Of a DNA stretch of 64,000 bases, positions 52,433 through 64,000 are shown in pieces. The notes under the pieces were generated by a model that saw only the letters and a program-made list of their open reading frames with translations, had not been told where the DNA came from and searched no databases. Position 1 is the stretch's first letter. The number at the start of each line of letters is the position of its first letter. Both the position numbers and the translations under genes were made by a program. Source of the stretch: the human T2T-CHM13v2.0 reference genome, Homo sapiens; assembly GCF_009914755.1 (NCBI RefSeq), contig NC_060946.1; one strand, 5' to 3'.

Positions 52433-53999
52433 AGAGGCACAGACCAAGGCTGGAAAGAGACCAGAGTGGCTGGAGAATCTAATCTGGCTCTGATCCCCAC
52501 CACCAGTGTGCTGAGCAAAGGTCACAAACTCTCAGCACCAGGTTTGACATCAGAAACTTCCTCTTCAAGGTAGAGCCTGGAGAGCCCCTCTTTCCATCAG
52601 TCTCAGAATCCAGGAGGAGAAAGAGAAGTGATCTTGGAGTCAGACAGCCCTGGGCTTATGTGTCCTGGTCCCACCACTGATAAGGGATGTCCTTCTTGTG
52701 GGCCTCATTTTCCCCACCTGTAAAAAAAGAACACGTCCCTAGCCCCAGACGTTCATTTTAAGGATCAACTGAGAGCAAGTCTGTGCAAAACCTTCCAGAA
52801 ATCCTGAGAAAAAGCTTGTTCTTACCAGCTATGGGACCTTAGGAAAATGACTTCATCTCCCACGACCTCAGTTTCTCAATCTGTAAGACAGGGATAATGG
52901 TATTCACCTCATAGGGCTGTTATTCAAATTAAATATGATAACGGGAGTCAACACCTAGGTCACTGGCACATGGTAAGTGCTCAATTCACAGCAGCCAGCG
53001 TTACTGTCACTGTGGCACCTTCTTCCATCCCACGGCACCTTCTTCCCCCGGACCCAGCCCCTGGAGGGCAAGCATGGCTGTCTCCTCTCTGCAGTTGAAA
53101 AAACCTTTTGGTCCAGAAGATCCAAGGCCTTCTGGGGGCTCCAGCCTCCCAGAAGCCCCCCACAGGCATCACCCCTTGCACCTGGGAATGAAGCCATTCT
53201 CAGGTCGCAGGCTCACTCGTTGTTCAGCCTGACTGGACATAAGAAGCTCTACGTGGAGTTATTTTAATCTTTCCTCACAAATCAATAACTGCTTACCTTG
53301 AAGCAGTTTTAATTAGTTAAGGCCTGCTGAGTGCTCTGCTGATAAACTAGCCTGCTATTAATGCTAAGTATCTGCTGTGTAGTTGCTATTTTTATTATTG
53401 TTGTTCTTATGAAATCCTCATTTCCTGAGCCACACAGCTGGGACTATTATTTAAAAATCACCTTAGGCTTGAGCCTCCTTCCCTGAAACCTGGGGAAAGG
53501 GCCCTTTCCTCACAGCTCAGCTCACCCCTTCCCACGCCTACCACGTGCAATACCCTTAACACACCATTATATTAATAGAAAGATGCTTCCTTCAACAACA
53601 GAAAACAACCTCCACAACTTTTGATATCTGACTTCTGTAGCAACAGAGCCCCCTAAGCTCTATGAGCCCCAAGGTGAGGATCACCTCACTCGCTTAAATC
53701 AGCTACCAGTGAGGAGAGCAGAAGGAGGGAACATTTATTAAGAGCTTACTGTGTACCAGCAATGGTGCAATGTGCTTACTACTGGGACCTCATCTAGTCT
53801 TCGGAGAATCCAGAGGTGCTAACACAAGCCCTGTTTTGTCAGTGAAGTAACTGGGGCTCAGAGAGGTTAGTGCATTTGCTCAAGGTCATAGCATCAGCAA
53901 GTAGGGAAATGTGGAGCTAAACTTTTCTCTGTCATTCTGGTTCCCACTGGGGTAGGCCCCTGGGGGACCTCTCCTGGCCTTGGCTGATTTCTCCCACTC

Positions 54000-54303
<304 letters not shown>

Positions 54304-54334
54304 CTCTCCCACTCTTTATACCTCTTTGTCGTAG

Positions 54335-54892
<558 letters not shown>

Positions 54893-54999
54893 CATGTGCC
54901 TCTTATTAGCTGTGTGACCTTGGAAAACTTGCTAAAGCTCCCATTTTCTCATCTGAAAATGGCCTTTCTGGTAGCATCTGCCTCCCAGGGCTATTATAA

Positions 55000-55358
<359 letters not shown>

Positions 55359-55592
55359 GCAAAGTAGTTCTTTTTATTGTTAGTAGTAATTATTGCTAAC
55401 ATATAACAAGTGGTTACCATGTGTCAGATGCTGTTCTGAGTAACTGTCTTGTTTCATTTTATTTATTTACAGCAACACTCTGTGGCATTCCCATTTTACA
55501 TTTGGGAATCTTTGTATCATCCCCATTTCACAGATGGTAAAACCTAAGGCTGAAAGATGTGAGTAACTTGCCTGAAGTCATGCATTTTTTAA

Positions 55593-56460
<868 letters not shown>

Positions 56461-57214
56461 CACACATTTTAATAAGTGATTGAGTCTGGATTCAACCCTG
56501 AGCAGTCTCAGAGCCCATGATCATAACCACTAGGCTATACTTCCCCAGGCCACCTGAGTTTATTCAAGTGTGCTCCTCTGGAGACATAGGCCAAAATCTC
56601 TTCTCAAGAATATCAGTGGAAAGTCCTGTTGGTTCAGCACAGAGATCTTTGTAGAATGTGGACAGACACCCCTCAGACGTCCCACACTCACATTGCACTA
56701 GCATGTGAGCTAAGCCGTTTAAATATACATGTGAGACCCTCTTACAAAAGGCCAGGGACTTACTCTTTTCTTTCCTTCATCCATTATTTATTGAAGGCAT
56801 GTAACCAGGGATACAAAATCGTAACTGCCTTTTAAATTGTTCTCTTATTTTGTACCAGAAACTTTGCAAAACACTTCACATACTGGCCACTCCTTGGACA
56901 TCACATCAAATCTTATCAGCTTCATCTCTTATTCCAGCCACTGTTGTGAAGAGCAGAACTGTGCAGGTTTAGACCAATTTCATGAGTGTTAAACCTGACT
57001 GTGCCTTATCTCAGGCCCCTACTATGCATTTCTCACCTCCTGACCCCAGGTACCTGGGAAAAATCCACTCAACACTCACTAACATGCAAACTGGAAGTGC
57101 AGGGCAGCTGACCCTCTTCAGACAATTCTTGACCAGCAGGGGACAGACACCCTCTTTCTTTCCTCCAGTAGGTGGTTCTGAAACCTAACCCAGAAGGCTT
57201 TTAGAAGGAACTCT

Positions 57215-57541
<327 letters not shown>

Positions 57542-57593
57542 TTAGAGGTGGCCAAACTCATCAAAAGGATAGCAGGTCTTTGTACTGGATTTA

Positions 57594-57700
57594 CTTCTTT
57601 CCTGTTTTTATTCCCTGCTATCCTCGCTCCTCCTTCCTGGGATCACATTTCCAAATAAACTATCTTCACATAAACCTTTGGGGAAACCCAGGCAAAGACA
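57594..57700 (+). repeat. Inverted repeat IR3, left arm
   Basis: Reverse complement of 59547-59649, about 85% identical with small indels. Confidence 0.88.
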
Positions 57701-58090
57701 TTGAGTACTGGGAGTGGCCCTGGAAAGCAATCCAGAAAGTTAACATTCTGCAGCTATTAATAACCCCTGAAATTCTGTAGCATCACAACCACTCAGGCCT
57801 CCATCTGTGGTTGAACAGAATAAGGTACAGCTGGATAGTGAAATTCTGAATTGTGTAATGACTGTGGCACTTGACCAGCCTAAGGGTAAGAGTAATTATG
57901 AAGACTGTGCAGTGAGCCAGCTTTTCTTAACTGCTTGAGAAACGTTAAAAACGACAAATGACAGGCTCAGATAAGCCAACCTGTCAATTCAAGGCAGAGT
58001 TGTGCTCCATCTATAGCACTATTTAAGGATACTCTCATCTCCTGAAGCTACCTGGCAAAACGTGCTGAGAATCCGGCCTGGATCTGACTA

Positions 58091-58682
<592 letters not shown>

Positions 58683-58960
58683 TCACAAATTCATGCTTGT
58701 CCTCCTCAAGATCTACCCCTACAGTCCCTCATTACTTTCAGGATGATAAACAGAATAAAGTCTAGGTACAACGCAAGCAGTAACACACAAATGCAGCTCT
58801 GGGTTGGGGTAGTTTTCACACTGAAGGAGTTGCAAGACCCAGCCAAAAAGACTCTCACGGGTTAGGGTAGAAGTATTGACACAAGGACACTCAATTGTGA
58901 CCTGTTTTAACAAGGATACTGGGGGCCATCCTAACACTCTGTTGGGACAGCTCCTTGTAG

Positions 58961-59264
<304 letters not shown>

Positions 59265-59546
59265 ATAATTAGATGAAGTGAAGATGCTAGAACTGCTCTG
59301 GCACAATATTGAGAAAGGGACCAGAAGGCTTAGGGAGGCAGGGCAGCTAGCTATATTTATTATGTGAGATGGGCAAACCCACCCTCCACAGAGGCAATAA
59401 GCCACATGCTGTTGGGAGGGAGGCAGGCCAGGGTGTAGGGAAAGCAAACCAGCATCTCTGAGAAGCCTGGGGCAGCCACCTCTGCAGGCGTCAGTTCCAA
59501 AATGTCATCTGGAGGATTGCTTTCAAGGGACACTTTCAGTTCCCGA

Positions 59547-59649
59547 TGTTTATCCTGGATTCCCCCAAAAGTTTATGTGGATAGTTTATTTGGGAATGTG
59601 ATCCCAGAATGAAGGCGTGAGGATCGGGGGAATAAAAACAGGAAAGAAG
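59547..59649 (-). repeat. Inverted repeat IR3, right arm
   Basis: Partner of 57594-57700; 22-bp perfect block gggaataaaaacaggaaagaag. Confidence 0.88.
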
Positions 59650-62177
59650 GGGAGCTAACACCATGACCTCTTATCCTTTTGATAAGAGTGGTAGATGTTG
59701 CCAGGGAACTGGTATGTCCAGTGTTGGTGGACATGGTGAATTCCAGTCAAATGGCAGCTGTTCATCTTCAGTGGCCAAGTGGATGAATTTACTGAGATAG
59801 CAAGGTTGAGTGGCAACGAGGGGGTTCCCTCATTATCCTTTGACCCAGGCTCTCCTTTGGGGGAAACCCAGATTTATCTGGCTGGGAACATTATCTAATT
59901 TTAGTATCACTGAATCCCACTAAGCTGAGATAGCCCCTGTCCTTTTTACAGGTGAGGAAACCGAAACTCTGAGAGGTCGCCTAAGTGGGGGGGATGAAAA
60001 CCAGCGCTCTGACCACATCCTGGCCTTCGTCACCATGGGATTCCGAGGGACAAGCCCAGGGGAGTTGCAGCATCCTCTGTCTACCCTATGTACGTGACCC
60101 CCCTTTGCGGTTTTTAAACCCCACTGCTTGCTGACAGATTTGTCACCTGTTATAAGGGCAGAATCCATTATTATTATCAATAGTAGTGATGGATACTTAA
60201 ATAATAAATGCACTAATCTCATTAAGCCACTTATTTAATTAATCTATTTTAATTCATGTAATTAGTTAATATGATAATGCTTCCTTTCATCCAAAGACAG
60301 CCTGCAGGCTCTCCAAGCATGGTGTATTATGATTAATGGATTTTCACATGTTGAGAAGGAAGGAGTTTGGGGAAATGCTCAAAGTCAGAGTTGCCTGGTG
60401 GGGGTCGCTTAGCCCATGGAGAAGCCCACTGCTCTCTATCTGATGACTGCTCTCCCGCCCACAGGCACTAAGCTCTCACTAGCTTTCTTGACTTTGCACT
60501 TACCTGGAAAGTCCTCTCCTTTTCTCCCTGTGTAGCAATACCACCCATCCTTCAAGACTCAGCTTAGGAGTCACCTCCAGCAGGAAGCCACCTGACCTTT
60601 CCCAGCTGGATTAGACAGCTCTCCTGAGATACTCTGTGTAGCACATGTCAGAACTATGGAATGTCCCCTGCTTAAAAACAAATGCTTTGAGAGAAAGGGC
60701 TGGGCTGTGACTACAGCATCAGCAACCACAAACACAGCAACCACCATCATTCATTGAGCATCTATTCTGCACCAAGCATCTTCCCAAGCACATTGCAAAG
60801 ATAGTCTCTTTCCGTCTTCACCCAACATCAAACTGGGAATTGTTTCCTCATTTCTTTTGGAATAAGGAAACAGAAACTTCAAGCAGTTAGATAACTTGCC
60901 CAGAGCCACCCACCAGAACCAGGATTCAAACTCAGGTTCAGATGGTCCCAAAGCCTGAATCCTTAACTACCATGCCAGACGTCTTACTTGTCTTTGCAGC
61001 CTCCACCCCTAGCACAGGGCCTTACTCAATACTTGTATAATGAATGAATGCCCCAAATGCTTTCTTAACAAATTTGGATCTCATAGTGAGAGAAACAAGA
61101 AGACCTTGTGGCTGAAAGGGGAGTGATCATCAGCTTAGAGGAATTCCGTTATTATGTTGATCTTTCATGGTAATGTTTAAGGACATTAAAATTTTCAATA
61201 CCGTTGATGGAATTACATTTTACTCTAAGGTCTAAAACCACAAACAAACAAAAATAGTAATTCCATTAGTGGCTGAAAATGGTAATAATCCTGGTGAGTA
61301 TGAATTTTATTGCTATAGCAACTGGAAAGCCCAGAAATGATAAATAAAAAGTTCTTACATGCTGTGAGGAGTACATTTTTGTTGCCAATACTCCATCAAA
61401 CATTTTAATTCCATTAGTAGTTAAAAATTGTAATAATACCCTTGACAATAATTTTTATTGTTATACCTGTAAAACACAAAGATAAGAAATAATTTTGTCA
61501 ACTGGAACATGGTGATCATAACTCAGTGGTATTAGTGAGAAGCCTGTGATTCAGTTTCAGTGTGACTAGCATCTCGATTTGGAGCCTTAACACCTGAAAA
61601 TGTGACTCAAAAGCTATTTCAAACTTAAGCCATTTCCCTCTTTCATTTCTAGTGTTCTCATGGCAAAGAAAGAACGCACTCAGAAGTAGGTTGACAGTGG
61701 CTCTGCCACTATCTTGTGACCTACCCTGGCTCTCAGTCTTCTAATCTGTTAAATGGGACCACATAGGCTCTGTTTTAGTTTAGTCTAATACCTGGGGATA
61801 CAGTCATGTATTATGTAGATGGTGACCCTGACCACACGGAGCTTATGGTTTTGGGGGAAGATCGATATTATTTATTATCAGCAGCATTGAAGGGAGTGAT
61901 TTTCAGGAGCTCACCCAGAGGCCACCAAGAAGCTCCTCCACCTGCGACCCTGATGTAGGTGACTCTCAAGAAGCTCCCCTGGAAGCTTCCAGGCTCAAGC
62001 CTGTACACCTCCCCGGCTGCTATGCCTCTGGAGAGCAAAACCTTCTTCCTCTTCCATGGCTTATACTTCTCATGAGCACTTCCATTGGCCGACTCTACCC
62101 CAGAACAATCTTAGGAAGGGCATTCTAGGAAGGCTTCTCAGAGGAAGTAACATTTAACTTAAAAACCAAAGGATGAG

Positions 62178-62643
<466 letters not shown>

Positions 62644-62720
62644 TCAAATGTGGTGATGGAGTTTACTCCACCAGTTTCATCAAGTGCTATCATCAGTAGA
62701 TTTCATCATGGTGCTTATAA

Positions 62721-63119
<399 letters not shown>

Positions 63120-63269
63120 TGACAGTCCTGTCATATTTTTGACAATTAAATAACTTTTCCCTCTCCTTGGGATTTAAGGTCATGCAGCCTCCACGACTCC
63201 TCCCACCTATATTGCCTCAATATTCTCCCATATCAGCTAGCTCGTGATTATAAAAATATTTAGAAGAAA

Positions 63270-63900
63270 GAATAAACAGAACCAGGTCTTTAGGGATGGT
63301 GTGGAGAGGGAGAACAAGGAGATCATGGGTTCAGTTTTGAATATGTGGATTTTGTGATACACTGGAGACATCCAAGTAGGGATGACAAGGGACAATTTAT
63401 ATATTGGTCTGGAACCCAGCAGAGAGAGCAGATATAAATTCTGAAGACAGGGGATGCAGGTGGCAACTGAAAGCATGGCGGCAGATGAGAAGGTAGTGAG
63501 GAAGAGCAGAGGAGGCAGGATGGAGCTTTGAGGAAAATCAACATTCAGTGCCTGGTAAAGGATGCTCAACCATAATGGAGAAGACAGAGGACAAGAATCC
63601 AGAGAACTAGGAGCTGAGCCAGGATACTTTGTATCAAGTAAGTCAAGTGGGAGCTGATTCAAGGAGATAGGTCTGAAAGTGTCCAGGACTTTAGCAACGT
63701 GGAGAATGTCCATGATGCCCTCCCTGAGAGCTGTTTGTTGGAGACAATGGGGAAGAATCCAAATAGGGGTGGGTTGAGGAGGGAGAGGATGGGGAGAAGG
63801 AACAGGGACCAAAAGTACAGGCAACCTTTGAAGAAGTGTGGCAGCCAAGGGGAGGGGGCAGGCAAAGGCAGCCACAAGGGAGCGTGGGGCCGAGGTTGTT
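63270..63900 (-). mobile_element. L2 LINE fragment
   Basis: gggttcagttttgaatatgtggattttgtg...catccaagtagggatg...ggggaagaatccaaataggggtgggttgagg. Confidence 0.7.
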
Positions 63901-64000
63901 GTGATGGTGGTTGTGTTTCAAAACACAGGTAGAATTTAAGCATATTTTAAAGATCCAAGACTGCAAAATGCAGGGTGAGGGGAAAGGCAACTAAAGCAAG

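Noticed and set aside
51530-52525. Paralogous-looking peptides (AKYSMSTKCF..PFLNA) in minus-strand ORFs
   Set aside because: They are explained by the 144-bp DNA direct repeat; both ORFs run into MIR or unrelated sequence.
63237-63875. 212-aa minus-strand ORF, the longest in the window
   Set aside because: It lies within an L2 relic, has a low-complexity Leu/Pro/Ser composition and shows no splice or promoter support.

Overview
Primate (human-type) genomic DNA containing most of the paired-like homeobox gene ISX (intestine-specific homeobox) on the + strand, followed by about 44 kb of repeat-rich downstream DNA. Four coding exons splice in frame: <1-132 (partial; start codon lies upstream of the window), 15326-15477, 17191-17307 and 18262-18501 (TAG). 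They encode the end of an eh1/octapeptide-like motif, a Q50 PRD-class homeodomain and a Pro/Cys/Trp-rich tail. The 3' UTR most likely ends near 20195, with a possible proximal poly(A) signal at 18679. The rest is 19 Alus (all outside the gene body), L1/L2/MIR fragments, MaLR and ERVL LTRs, hAT DNA transposons and microsatellites. Repeat family names come from recognising consensus-like sequence by eye, and their boundaries are approximate. The most unusual unexplained structure is a cluster of local 100-155 bp duplications at 46.4-59.7 kb: three inverted-repeat pairs with 0.85-1.9 kb spacers, one direct repeat starting 2 bp after an inverted arm ends, and a 59-bp tandem duplication. Several homeodomain/CDX-motif clusters are candidate enhancers. 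I found no second protein-coding gene and no evidence strong enough to claim a new biological system.
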